In this document: piece by piece, positions 29,509 to 46,270 of the stretch
How positions within the stretch are numbered: the stretch's first letter is position 1
How the letters are laid out: every line of letters starts with the position of its first letter
Source: the human T2T-CHM13v2.0 reference genome, Homo sapiens
DNA length: 64,000 nucleotides
NCBI RefSeq assembly: GCF_009914755.1
Contig: NC_060947.1
Direction: 5' to 3' (one strand)
Notes under the pieces: generated by a model
What the model was told of the DNA's origin: nothing
Database searches by the model: none
Seen by the model: the letters and a program-made list of their open reading frames with translations, nothing else
Translations under genes and position numbers: made by a program

Positions 29509-32500
29509 GGGGGTTTTAAGGGAGGAGGAACAGGAGCAAGAATGGCTTGGAAACATCCACAAGGAGAAAGGAGGATTCCAACCTTAACCTTCGGGCCCAG
29601 TTGTACTGTGGAGAGGATGATCATCACTGGAGAGGGTGCAAGGGAAGCAGTGTCCTTAGGGGAATTCTAGAGTGAGTTTAAAACAAGAAGGTAAAGGGTT
29701 TGTTCAGAAGAGAAGTTGATAAACTCGTAATGGTTCATGAGTTCCAAACAGCACAAGGGAACTTTCAAAAGTTGGGGAGGGATAAGAGAAGGGACAGAAA
29801 AGGAGAGGTGCATATTCTTATGGGGATTACAGCATGGAGGGTGAGGTATGTCCTGGGAAGCTTTGGGCAACGGGGAGTGGCTCTCGTGCTGATGGATATA
29901 AGCAAAGATAAAAGGCAATTTGAGATTAGGATTTTGGCTGCAAGGGAGACAGTGATAAAAGGCTGAAAATTTGAAGGATTTCTGGGGACCCCCTCCTCAC
30001 ATCTACCTATGATTATTTGGAGATTTGGGGAGGGGTTGTCCTATTTTGTTAGTTGAATAGTAAAATGTGTCAATACCATGCTGTATAACTTTGCCATTGT
30101 TTCCTAATTCTGTCCTGATACACATGCATCCCCTGGGAAGGATTCACTGGTTAAGGAACATGGGCATTTTTTAAACTTCAGGGGTTGCCAATAAACTTCC
30201 TTCTTCCAAACGTCTGACAAAAACAGTGAACGGTTTTTCAAGGGAGGTAAAAGCTGCCAGAGCTGAGCCTGATGTTCTTTCTCTGAAAGGAAGGGTACAA
30301 GCCCTGGATTTCTTTGATGTTGCTCTGAGACACTTGCGCTGGCAACACCAGGGGCTTTGATGATGTTCTTCTAGCACTCTGACATCCTGACATCTGGGCT
30401 TGTATTCTTCTGAAGCAGCAAATTGAAACAATAGTCAAAAACTCCAGTTTAAAAGAAAAAGGACAGTGAGGCCTCATTCAGAACTTTTTGATGCCACTTG
30501 CCTGATTAGAGAGAATGCTTTTCCTGCGTCTTCAAGCAGCCATCAGTTTCACATTTTCATATTCATCCCAAGTGTCTGTCACTAGGCACCCTCATTATCC
30601 CAGGAGATCCCCAAAAAGGAATTTGACAACCCCCTTCTGAAGCCCTAGTCTAAATGTGCTGCTTTCTCTGAATGGCCTTTTAGTCAAACATAAAAACTAT
30701 ACCCTTAACTTTAATATGAGCCCATCTTCCATACCTCCCTTTTATCATCTCCCCTTGAGTTACACTTCTTCTCTTCATGCTAGATGAACCCTCTCTCTTG
30801 CCTTCATCCTCAGTTCTCACAAGCCCTGATGTGGAAGTCTATCTCCTATTGTTTTCACCTCCACATCTGTCCGGCCAGCTCTTCCTCTCACAAGTTTTAG
30901 CTATGCTAAGCATCTTTTATAGAATGACCCACACCACTGCTTTTTGATCCACACGCCTTCACTTCTTTACCCTCTGTTTTCCATACACATTCACAGACTG
31001 GAAGAGTGAGTGGAGGAAAAAAAGCAAATCATTTTCTCGATATTAAAGTTGCTTTATTCAATGTGGGTTTCTCACATTTTTAATATGGGAAATCCTCCCA
31101 GACAGAGCCTACATTTCTGCCAACCTCAATAACATTATGGGTTGGACCATAATGATTATAATTATGTTTGGGCTCTCCATCTTCCTGCCACCTTCAAGTC
31201 TCCACTTCTCTCCCTAACATCTTAGATAAGTTTGGCATCAAACTTCTTTTCCCGGAGCTACCACTTACAATGAGATCATTCTCCCTCTGGGGCCAGGAAG
31301 AGATCAGATTAGGTAAAGTGGGTTTTCCTGATTTATTCAGGGGAAAAATCCCCTTCCTCTACTTCAGCAAACTCCTTCCTTATAACACCTTCATTTTCAG
31401 TGAGATGTAGGTTGACAGATAATAGTGAAACTCGTGTGTGGGGGTTACTGCAAGTATCAGAGGGCCCTGAAATCCGGTTAGTTTGATGCCTTGGGAGCCC
31501 TCACCCAAGGTTCTTGGGCCTGCTGTTAATTGTCTTATCAGGAATCCTGTCCAGTTTTGGCATCATTGAGTTCTATGCAAGCAACTCTTCTGCATCAAAG
31601 GACTGCTGCATTTTGGATTGCCTCTAACCAAGGAAGTTTGTCAAGACTCTCCAGAGTGAGAACAGACCCCAAACACCTGAGTCTTCCAGTTTTCTTTTTT
31701 ACCTTTTCTAGTAGATTTTTCTTCCAGTAGGTCTCTGTTGGGAACCTTTTAATGGAGAAGTGGAGGTTGTCTGTGATCAGAGGAAATTCCGTTTAGGACA
31801 CTTCCAGAACAAATTGTGAGAGAAAGTAGTTCAGTTGTTCGGTTGTGAAGTCTACAGATTGTCTTCACCAGGGAACACATGTTTGTTCTCCTTTCTGAGA
31901 GCAGGAACGAGCTTTTTACTCCTCACTGGTCCCTGGAGTTAGCCCCAAATATGGTCTTGCCCATTAGGAAAGCAGATCAAGGGCCAGTAACTTTTTGTTC
32001 TCATAATAGATACGCAACGAATTTCCACAAAGTTTCTTGACACTTCTTGCATCCACGTCTACACCTGCTGTATACGTGCCTTCACTTTCCATGTATTCTC
32101 AACCTACTGAATTTACCCCATACCCCTACCTCTCTTCCTTCAAGGGCCTCTTGGACTTAATAATCCACTGCACGTATCAGACTCAAAACAAAGGTGAGGC
32201 AACTAGTCAGATATGCTCCTTTTTAGGAAGACTGCATTCCTGTCTTTTCCAGATCACAGAGGCAAATGATTTCCTAGGGGAACTAGGAGCTAAAGAATCA
32301 AGGTTCTTAAAGAAAATGGGGTCAGGACAATTTTTATTGTGAGCTGGATATGTCCCTGAGAGGGCTTCCAGGTGATTTTCAAGATAGCTTACAAAAGTTC
32401 TAGACAAGAGAACCATGACAGGAACCACACCAACAATGCCCTGCAAAAGATCCATGGCACCCTCCCAGGCCAGTTTATGTCTGAAGAACAGATTAGAAGA

Positions 32501-32620
32501 TGTTTGCATAGGAAAATGTTTATTTACAATTTATTTAAGAATACTCAATTCTGCAATAGATATGCAAAACAAATAAGGATAGGTGAAACTAAGTGTAGAT
32601 AATTATTGTGAAACATATTA

Positions 32621-33009
<389 letters not shown>

Positions 33010-34064
33010 TCATGACAGTTGGAACATCCTTAGATCAGCTGCTCATTGGTAATAGTTATCTGGTCCCATATGTCTTCTCTCTCATACACTAGATTAAAAC
33101 ACCTGCTTAGCAGGTGACCTGTGAGTTATAGTTGTGCCCAGGGGTACTTGCCCCTGGATCTGTCTGTTAGAGCAGGTGTGTGTTGACTTTAGCTATCTTC
33201 ATTGCTGGTCCTCATAAGCATACAGTCAGTGGGCAAAGCTAAAACAGAAAAGAGAGAGTGAACATTTTCTGACATGCGATTTAGGCTGCATGGTCCTTTC
33301 CTCCTGCTAGCATCCTCTCTTCTCTTCACTGCCCTCTTTCCTTGTTTCTCACTTATGCTCCATATCATTCAGTAAACACTGTGAAATGAGTGTCTTTATT
33401 TGATCTATGAGCCTCTTGGTTTGTGACTCCCTGTACATCCTGTCTGGCAATGTATTTGAAGGCTACAGAAACATCAAGGTAATTTCCAGTCATGACAAGG
33501 AGTGACAAAAAGTTAAAGAAACTGACACTTTGGCCAACAAGGGGATGAGAAACTGACAGAGACACTTGCAGACTGAACTATAACCTGAGCTCTTCTAATT
33601 TCTAAGCAGCAAAGGCAAAGAGTCCAAGGACCCAACTATAACCTCCCAAATACCATGAGAGGCCCAGAGACAGAAGGGCACATCAACCCAAGGGGTCATC
33701 CTTTTTCTGGGGCTGAGGTTGTATAACAAGTTACTGATTCCTTCACTCACCATGGCACCTGGGACAGAAAGTCTAAGTACAACAAGACAAAAGTGAGTGA
33801 CTGCAGGGCCCAGTAGGTAATTTAAATCAATAAAGAGATACTTTATTGTCATAGTATACTTTGAGGTACCTAAGTTACATTGCTTTAATGGCATGTACTG
33901 TGGTGAATTGGAGAATATGTATGCTTTAAGATGGCAGCTGAAACTCCGTTCCATATGAAGGTTCCCATGGGAACAGGGCCCAATGTAGCCAGATAGTCAG
34001 TATTTTCAAAAGGAGCCAGGAATGTATAATTTTATGAGAACTTTCCCAATTAAAAGTTCATTAT

Positions 34065-35540
34065 CCACAAAACAAGTTATACCGAACATAAGAAGATAGA
34101 AATTATATCAAGTATCTTTTCTGACAGCAATGATATAAAACTAGAATTAAACAACAAGAAGAACTTTGGAAACTTTACAAGTACACAGAAAGTAAAGTTT
34201 CAGTATACAAAAATCAACATACAAAAATCGGTAGTGTTTCCATATGCTAGTAGTGAACTATCTGAAAGAGAAATCAAGAAAACAACTCCATTTACAATAG
34301 CTAAAAAAAGATAGCTAGGAATAAATTTAATCATGAAATTGAAAGATTACTGCAAACTAAAACATTGATATAAGTAATTGAAGAGGAAACAAATAGAAAG
34401 ATATTTCATGTTCGTGGATTGGAAGAACTATTATTGCTAAAAATGTTTATATACCCAAAGTGATCTACAGATTCAATGCAATCTCTATCAAAAAATCAAT
34501 AACATTCTTCACAGAAGTAGAAAAAAAAACCCTAAAATTTGTATGGAACCACAAAAGACCCCTGAATCAGCCAAAGCAATTGTGAGCAAAAAATAATAAA
34601 AATAAAAATAAAACCCCCCACAACAACAACAAAAATAAAAACAAACAAAAGAGCCAGTCACTAATCATCAGGAAAATACAAGTCAAAACCACAATGAGAT
34701 ATTAACTCACGCCAGTTACAATGGCTATTGTCCAAAAGATAAAAGATAACAAGTGTTGGTGAGGATGTGGAGAAAAGGGAACTTTTGTGTATTGTTGGTA
34801 GTTATGTAAATTAGTACAGCCATGATGGAAAACAGTATGAAGGTTCTTCAAAAAATTAAAAATAGAACTACCATATAATCCAGCAATACTACTACTGGGT
34901 ATATATCGAAAGGAAATGAAACCAGTATGTCAGAGAGGCAGCCGCACTCACATGTTCATTGCAGCATATTCAGAATAGCCAGGATATGGAATTAACCTAA
35001 GTATCCTACAACAGATGAATGGATAAAGAAAATGTGGTATATCTACACAATAGGATACTACTCAGCTACAGGAAGAATGAAATCCTGTCATTTGCAACAG
35101 CATAGGTGAACCTGGAGGACACAGAAAGGCAAACACTCTACGTTCTCACTAACAGAAAGACAAACACTGTACGTTCTCACTCATATGTGGAATCCTGAAA
35201 AGTTGATCTCATAGAAATAGTAAGTAGATAGTAGTTGCCAGAGACTAGAGACTGGGAGAAAAAGGAGGATGGGAAGTTACAGTTAGAAAGGAAGAATTAG
35301 TTCTGGTGTCCTGTTGCACAGTAGGGAGACTATAGTCAACAATAAGGTATTGCATATCTCAAAATAGCTACAAGACAGAATTGTGAGTGTTCTCATCACA
35401 AAGAATTCATAAATGTTTGAGATGATGGATATGTAATTATCCTGATTTGATCATCACACAAAGTACATGCATATCTAAATATCACATTGTACCCCATATA
35501 CATGCACGATTATTATGTGTCAATTAAAATAAAAAAGTTA
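34065..35540 (+). mobile_element. Internally deleted L1MA-type element
   Basis: Collinear pieces of late endonuclease region, post-RT region, ORF2 C-terminus and 3'UTR. Confidence 0.8.
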
Positions 35541-35589
35541 TAATTCATTGGCTTCTCCAGATGTTCATTTTTAAATACGATTTATCTAA

Positions 35590-36600
35590 TAAAAGGGACA
35601 AGGACTCTGGAAAATGGCTAATTCTATAGCTGGGGCAGGGAAAATGCATCATGAGTCTGGAGCATATCGTAGTGCTAAAAAGTAAGGAAATGCTACATAC
35701 ATACACACAGAGGATGAGACTATGTCAAAGGAAAACAGGAGCCAACTGAAGGATCTCCAACTGGCCAAATGTGGAACAATTTGAGGAACAAAATAAATAA
35801 TGTAGTTCTGAATTATAACCCAAAGTACTAAATAAATATCCATGAATCCATAGTGAGATAAATAAATGATTGAATAAATAAATGGGAAGGAAGGTACAAA
35901 TTTTTCTTATAGAAGAATTCCAAATATTGTAGGTAGATACTCTGTCCATCCAGGCGGTGCTCCTCCTCCTAGCCTCTTGAAGGTGAACTGGACTTGATGA
36001 CTCACTTTAAAGAACAGAGTTCGGAAAGGGGATAGCAACTTTAGGTGGAGAAACCTGGCCAACACCACTCTAACCGAGCAATAAATGTTAAGATCGCCAA
36101 TGATAAGTCATGTTCATGTCACGTAGCCTCAATGATAGGATGTGATGGGATACACACTCCAGAGGTAAAGTGGCCTTTTTCCCCAAAACCCAGAATCTCA
36201 GTCTAATCATGAGAGCAGCACCTGACAAATCCAAATTGAGAAACATTCCACAAAATACATGATCAGTAGTCTTAAAAGCTGTGAAGGTTATGAAAAATAA
36301 GGAAAGACTGAGACAGAGGAGACCAAGAAGACATGACAATTAAATGCAATGTAGAAAGCTGGATTGGAACTTGGAACAGGAAAAGAACGTCAGTGGAAAA
36401 ACTTGTGAAATCTGAATACAGTGTGGGGGTTAGTTAATAGTAATGTGCCAATTTTAATTTCTTATTTTTGACAAATGTACCATGGTTCTGTAAGATATTA
36501 ACATTACAGCAAACTGGGGAAAGGATATGCAGAAACTGTACCATCTTTGCAATTTAAATATAAAATTTAAAATTATTCCAAAATAAAAAGGTTATTAAAA
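35590..36600 (+). mobile_element. Old L1M (L1MC/L1MD-like) 3'UTR
   Basis: gaagaattccaaat; ggagaaacctgg; gacaaatccaaattgag; taaatgcaatgt; tttgacaaatgtaccatgg. Confidence 0.75.
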
Positions 36601-36826
36601 AATCATTAGTCCAAGTAAAACACGTCTGTGGATGAATCTGGCCTGAGGCCTTCTGTTGGATCCTCCGGTTTAGAAGGAAAATAAATGTTCCCATGACATT
36701 GTTCCCCTGAATCATCAGAGATCACAGTAAGCAACCAGCCCTTAACTTGAAGATCAGTCCTCCGTTACACTTAGATGTATAATCTTTTCTTTCCTCCTAA
36801 TAAATGTCCTGATCTTCCCTCACTTC

Positions 36827-37802
36827 TATATATATACACACACATATACACACATATATGTGTATACACACACACACACATATGTGTATACACACACATA
36901 CACACGCATGTGTATACACACACACATATGTGTATACACACGCATACACACACATATGTGTATATACACACACGTGTATATACACACACATATGTGTATA
37001 TACACACATACACACATGTGTATATACACACATACACATGTGTATATACACACATGTGTATATACAGACATACACACATGTGTATATACAGACATACACA
37101 CACATATGTGTATATACACACATACACACACATGTGTATATACACACACACATATGTGTATATACACACACATACACACATATGTGTATATACACACACA
37201 TACACACATATGTGTATATACACACATATACACACATATACACACATATGTGGATATACACACATATACACACATATGTGGATATACACACATATACACA
37301 CATATGTGGATATACACACATATACACACATATGTGGATATACACACATATACACACGTATATACACACATGTGTATATACACACATATACACACGTGTA
37401 TATACACACACATATACACACACATGTGTATATACACACACATACAACACGTGTATATATACACATACACACATACACGTGTGTATATACACATACACAC
37501 ACGTGTGTATATACACATATGCACACACACGTGTGTATATACACATGCACACACACGTGTGTATATACACATGCACACACACGTGTGTATATACACATAT
37601 GCACACACACGTGTGTATATACACATGCACACACACGTGTGTATATATACATGTATATACATATATATGTATGTGTATATATACACATACGTATATATAC
37701 GTATGTGTATATATACACATATATACGTATATATATGTGTGTACATATATACACATATATACATATATACACATATATGTATATGTGTGTGTGTGTGTGT
37801 AT
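36827..37802. repeat. ~975 bp compound (CA/TA/TG/CG) alternating purine-pyrimidine repeat
   Basis: Directly visible; gives six stop-free frames. Confidence 0.97.
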
Positions 37803-37912
37803 GTTCTTTCTCCTTCCTGACATGCTAATGTAATGGTTGGAGCTGTAATAGCCATGTGGATCATGAGATGACCTTTGTACTGGAAGCCCTGTTCAGTGGA
37901 ACAACAAGATAA

Positions 37913-38448
37913 TGTATTTTATCAAATCAAACATACTAATTTAAGGCACATCATTATTCTATGTACCACACAAAAAGAAAGTGCTACCAACTAAATTAGA
38001 ACACAGTGTTTTCTTGTCCCTTAGATTTTTAAATTTCAGTTACTGGAAAATCTCTTTTACACTTATTTAAGCACAGACTTTTGTTATTGAATCACTCTTG
38101 TGTGTACACATAAAAAGGAAACTATGTGCTAAATAAATTGTTTCAAGTACTGCTAGAACTTCTTCAGATTCAAATTTCAACTCTTCTAAATCACTTCTGT
38201 ACTCAGAATCATTGATATCTCTTAATATCGTCCTCTGTGCCATCAAGCGTGCTGGTGACGCAGTATTTTTTAAGAGTACACTTCTAATATCTCCAGGATT
38301 TTTTCTTAGCCAATGATATCATTTTGTCGAGTTTTGCAGTGCATCCTCAGGCAATGACAGGTATGGCTGACAGTGATTGTAAGATACATCCCAATTTAAT
38401 GTTAAAATGTAAAGAAAAAAAATGTGCCTCTTGGAATCCATGAAATGT
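37913..38448 (-). mobile_element. Tc2-type DNA transposon (Kanga/MER104-like) inside an old MLT1-like LTR (~37805-38580)
   Basis: Minus strand begins atttcatggattccaagaggcacattttt..acattttaacatt..gggatgtatcttacaatc. Confidence 0.6.
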
Positions 38449-41396
38449 GATTGAAAGCTCTTCCACAGTAGCCCTGAACTGTTTTCTTCCATAGTTCTTT
38501 CATACATGAAAAAGAAAACCTATCTTTTTTAAGACTCTACTTTTCTGGTCTTTGTTACTACTCATAACCTAACCCAAACCAAACGGTCACATGATTCCTA
38601 AAAATATGATAGCCATTAGTACTTTCCTTTCTTACTATACCTCATCCCACTCCTATAGCTCCCTTGACTAGTGAATCAAGGTGTAAATTTCTTTCCTTTT
38701 ACCTTTCAGGTGTCCTCACACTTTGCTAATATGATTACTCTCATTTCACCTTTCCTTTCAGCTTTCCTGAGGCAAATTCTCCATCAATATTTCTCTGAAC
38801 CTGAACTCAGGACTGCAATAACAACAGCAACAACAGCAACATCAAATTATTTGTAAAACAAAAATTGTTATTTTAAAATCTGAAACATAGTATCACTTTC
38901 AAGGTTACAGACAATGCTTTTCTCTACTAAATACTTGATTAGATATGTCTCTCAGGCTTGTGAAAAGAAACTGTAATTGCTTGTAAATGAAAAGCAAAAT
39001 TAAAGGAGAATTTAAAAATCAGAAATGTAGAGCAAATTTCCAGGTTAGAGAAGATTCAGGAGAAATTAATGGGTGCTTTGTACTGCTTGTCACACACATT
39101 TCTAAGAAAAAAAAAACTTTTCCTTTTTCTGGAAAATGAAGTACAAGTTGTCAGCGACAACCATCTATTAAGAAACTTCCTTTTGTGATAGAGTGAGGGT
39201 TTTTTCCCCAGAGGTAAATTATTCAACACAGTTAATTTGAATCCGTGTTTGAGTCTGAGATGAAGTTATCAATTTTACCATTTTCCCTCAGTCCCGATAC
39301 TATCATTGCCTGAGACTTTGGTACCCACAGCAACAGCCACTGTTTCGGACATCATTCCCCCAAGCAATAGAGCACAACGAATGACTGACAAGCATCCAGT
39401 TGTATGTCTCAGGATGGTATTTTTCAGGGCTGGAAGACTGAGGCACAACTCACTCTCAAGTATTGAAAGTCAGGCTCTCAAAGAATTGGGAAGGCTGTGT
39501 GTATGTGGGAATGTGGCCCACCTGTAAGAAGTTTGCTCACTCCTTTTGAGAGGAATGTGGCAAGGGAGGGTGGGAAAATGAGGAGACTTGCAGCGATGGA
39601 TAAGGTCAAGACATTGAAAAGTGCCAGTGGGGCCAGCTTGGTCTAAATGTTTCTCATGTTTTTCCCACAGTTGCCCCACATATTCAAAAGGCTGTTTGTG
39701 GACCCTAAAACTGAACCAAAAGGAGGGGATTTAGGACATTCATGTTTTTGTTGCAGTGGAACAAGAATAGAAACAATTGAGCTGCCGCTTTACCTAGACT
39801 TCCCAGCCAGGGATTCTGAAAGAAAAGCTGTGAAATGTGACACTACAAGTAGTGGCATGTGATAGGCGCTGGAGTGTAATCACAATCCTCTTTGAGTCTT
39901 GCAGGTGAGGAAATCCTGCTTTTCCGGGTAAAATAAAAGGATGTAGTTCTAAGTAGACTTCTCTGCATTATCCTGGGGTGTCTCTGAATCACAGGAAAGG
40001 GAAAAATGGAATAAAGAGGGGGCCTTGTGGCCAAGATGGAACAAGTCTGACGTCAGCTGTAGATCTCAGTAAAGAGACCACAACAGGGAATGTATAGATT
40101 ACAGTACACTGTGCATGGTAAACGTACAGGGCTTCTCTGTCCAGGCTTTGAGATGAGCTAGATTTGCAGATAGAGCATGTGTGTTTTGTAGCCACCCCAT
40201 TTACCTGCTGTGCTTGAAGAGAAGCCACTGACAGTGAAGACATGTGGTGGATGGATGGTGCACTCTGGGGATTTCCAGCCCTAAGGCCTTCTTAGGTATT
40301 CAGTGCCAACTCAGGCAACAGTGTGACTGTCTGCTTCAGGGAGAGTACCTGAACAGAGGGGTTCAAGTGTACAGGTGTTGGCTGCCTTCCTGTGAGGTGC
40401 CCTACTACCTCATATAGTCTGTTACTTATTCTGAAGGCTTCTTTCATAAGAGAAGGATTTTGGCTGAGGTTTAGAAGCTGTCCCCACCCTAGGCTGGAAG
40501 GCACACCTGTAATTAGGAGAGAGACTCCAGTGATCAGGGCTGTCTTTAAGAGTGTTGGGGGATTTCCCTCCCTTCCAGGGCTGGTTATTTGGCTAGATTC
40601 CCAGTCTACCCACACAATCTTCTTTAACCCGTTGATATACTTGCAGGGTAACAGAAAGAAAAAGGAACATGGCATCAGAAGATCGAGGTTCATGTCCAGA
40701 TTCCACAACTTCTTGCCTGTATGGCCTCCCTTTTTGTCACTAATAAAGTCATGATACTTGTCCTTCCTTCTTCCTGAGATTCTTGTAAAAACAAAGTACA
40801 ACAATGTAAATAAAAGGACTTGGACTTGCAAAGTGCCATTTTAGTTTGTCAGCCCCTTGGCTATGGGGAAGCCAGCTTAAGGCTCCCACTACAACTGTCA
40901 CCCAAAGTGAGCTTGCCAAAGAAGTACCCTGCTGTGCTGTCACCCAGAGCCCCCACTTGCTACTCAGAATCCACAAACATTAACATTGGCATATTTTAAT
41001 AAACTACAAGTTTTCATGTAAAGTTGAAGACCCTTTGTTTATTTTAATCCTTGCCCAATCCCATTTCCTTCACTTCTTCCCCAGAGGCAACCACTATGAT
41101 GAATTCCAGACCACGTTTTACACTTTACCGTGCCCATGCACCCACAGCCACCAGGGCCCAAGAGTGACCACCCCACCCCATCCCACCCCACATACCCTGG
41201 TAGTTTACAAAGGGAAGACTAATGTGTTTTCCAGGGGCCCATAAAATACCATTCCACTCCACCCCTGCAAATCCTGAGCTGCATGCAGATGGGGCAGGGG
41301 TGGGTGGAGAGACTGCTGGATACCTACTTTAAACCTGCATGGGGATTTGCCCTGATTCCTAAAAGGTGAGAGTTGCAGGTGTATCAAATGGACACC

Positions 41397-41402
41397 TTTA
41401 TT
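41397..41402 (-). terminator. Polyadenylation signal AATAAA of FTHL17
   Basis: tttatt on the plus strand, ~147 nt past the stop codon. Confidence 0.8.
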
Positions 41403-41548
41403 GCTTTGAGAACCAGATAACTTTTTTGCTAACAATGGTAAAACTGAAAGATAAAACTGAAGAGAACGTTCTGAAAGGGCAACATGCACGCCCCGCCTAG
41501 TGGCCTGACCCAGGGAAGGGACCCCGTGGCTGTGGGGCCCATCTGGGC

Positions 41549-42382
<834 letters not shown>

Positions 42383-42400
42383 TTAAAAATAACTGCTCTA

Positions 42401-44300
<1,900 letters not shown>

Positions 44301-46019
44301 GGACGTTTAAAAATAAAGATTTTGATTTAGGCTGGGGCTCCAAATCAGAATTTCTAAGCATCTCAGGTGATGCCAGACCACATTCTGAGTAGCAATGCTC
44401 TAAGAGGGAGGAGGCCTCTATCCCTTATCAAGGTTTAGAGATAAAGAGGACACATATATTGGACTCCACAAGCAAAAATTCCTGTTCTCACATCACAGAC
44501 AATGCTTGTGCTATTTATTATACTAGATGTAGTTTTTTGTGGGAAAGGGAAGAGACCTTTCTCCTATCACAAAAAATTGTGAAAGACTTTAAAATCAGCA
44601 AAAACAATTTCCTGGATGTGGTTTTTAGAGTACCTTTCTGGGTTATCTCCATCTTTCATTGACTTAGAGTTATTTTCTAACTCTTCAGATTGTAGAAAAC
44701 TAATAATAATGCAAACAATTCTTGTCCACAGAAATGCAAATAAATGTCTGGTGAAATGCAATTGATTTTTGACTTATTTTGCATCTATTTGTACATTCCT
44801 TATTTCAATATTCCTTATTCCTACATATGTATGGCTCTTTGAATTCTCCTTTGAGCCATTTGTAACATCTTACTAGTTTCCTCATTAATTAATAAGTTAA
44901 ATAAAATGTTTCATGCACATATTTTATATTTATATGAGAGTCATGATTTTACTTTTTTCCTCGTAATTATTCTTTAGCACTCCCCAGGTCCACCCCCACC
45001 CGACCAGGAACACAACTGAAGCCCAGGGAAGTTGACTTGGTAAAGTGAGCACTTTTATGGGTTGCTCACCTGAGATATGATTCCAGAAAATTACTTAGGA
45101 CCTAAAGGCATAGAATTCCTGACTGTGGAATTCTATATGGACTATGGAAAGATAGCCTCTCTGAGGAGAAGGAGGCAGGGAGTAGTCCAGGGCTGTAGGA
45201 GACCAACGAAAACTAGCAGAGGAAGTGGATATCCAGGGAGCAGGCCACAGAGGTACCTCACCAGCAGAACACTGTAGCCACAGTGGGGCTGAGGCTGGCC
45301 TGATGCAAACTGGGGAGGATAGAGAAGTAGGGGTGACCAGTAAAGGTCTGTAGAAAACTGGAACCAGCTGAGAACCAGGGAAGTGATGAGAGTTTCCAGG
45401 CAGAGAATGTAGTTAACAGAGATTTGAGGGGTGGAAGGTTGACTGACTCAGATGGGAGTTTGACAGGCTGAGGTTCATGGTCTGAGTAAAGTTAACCCTG
45501 GGAAAGAGGTAGGAACCTGAGCTTTTGGAGCCAGGATGAAGGATCCTCTCATCAGCACTTTTGTGCTCCCTGAATCATACCCCTGGAAGGGGTGTTCGGA
45601 TCCACAGATACTAAGAGTGTGGAGTATCCAGGACTGGGCCATGGGCTTCATCTTCCAGAGAAGTTTCCTTCCAGCTGGTGATCAGATGTAGGGACGCTCT
45701 AATGCATTCTTCTTGGCCCTACTATGGGACAACTTTTTAGCACAAAGGCCGTAGGACAATGGTTGCTCCTATTTGGTTGGACACTACTGAGACGTCCAAC
45801 ACTCACACCCATACCATATTCTAAAGAAGAAAATGCTCTTTCCAGTCTCTAATTCCTTGCTGTTCTGATTTTGGGGGAAAAAAGAAGAATCACTGTCTTG
45901 AGGAGCAAAGGAAAACCCTCAGAACTTAGACATGCCCATTGTATGTAAGTTGATGGCTGATATTCGTCAGTTAAATAGGAATTGTTTCTAAGGTTATAAC
46001 TTTTCATTTCTATTCAGTG

Positions 46020-46270
46020 TGCTGAATAATCTCCATCTACCTCTCTAAGACTACTCTCTGCTTTTCTCCATCTTACTTGGCACACTGGGAGGGGGAGGTT
46101 GACCTGTATGTACTGCACCCCTAGGTCCCTTGTGCTGTCTGGCTTCTAGTTGCATTCAGTCAACGGGAGGCACTGGCAGGATATGGGAGGGCAGGGGAGG
46201 AGTGAAGTTGAGGTATTTTTTCTCTTGGCTCCATCTCTTCAGGGCAGATAATTAAGAGGCGCCTTTATTT
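46020..46270 (+). mobile_element. LTR33-like ERVL LTR fragment
   Basis: ctggcttctagttgcattcagtcaacgggaggcactggcaggat. Confidence 0.55.

Noticed and set aside
30171-30477. Several overlapping short ORFs in unique DNA
   Set aside because: No recognisable protein, splice structure or CpG signal
36771-37864. Six 312-355 aa ORFs rich in H/T/Y/I or C/V/M
   Set aside because: Artefact of purine-pyrimidine alternation, which cannot form stop codons
40292-40831. 179-aa minus-strand ORF downstream of FTHL17
   Set aside because: TTG start, no recognisable motif, lies beyond the poly-A signal
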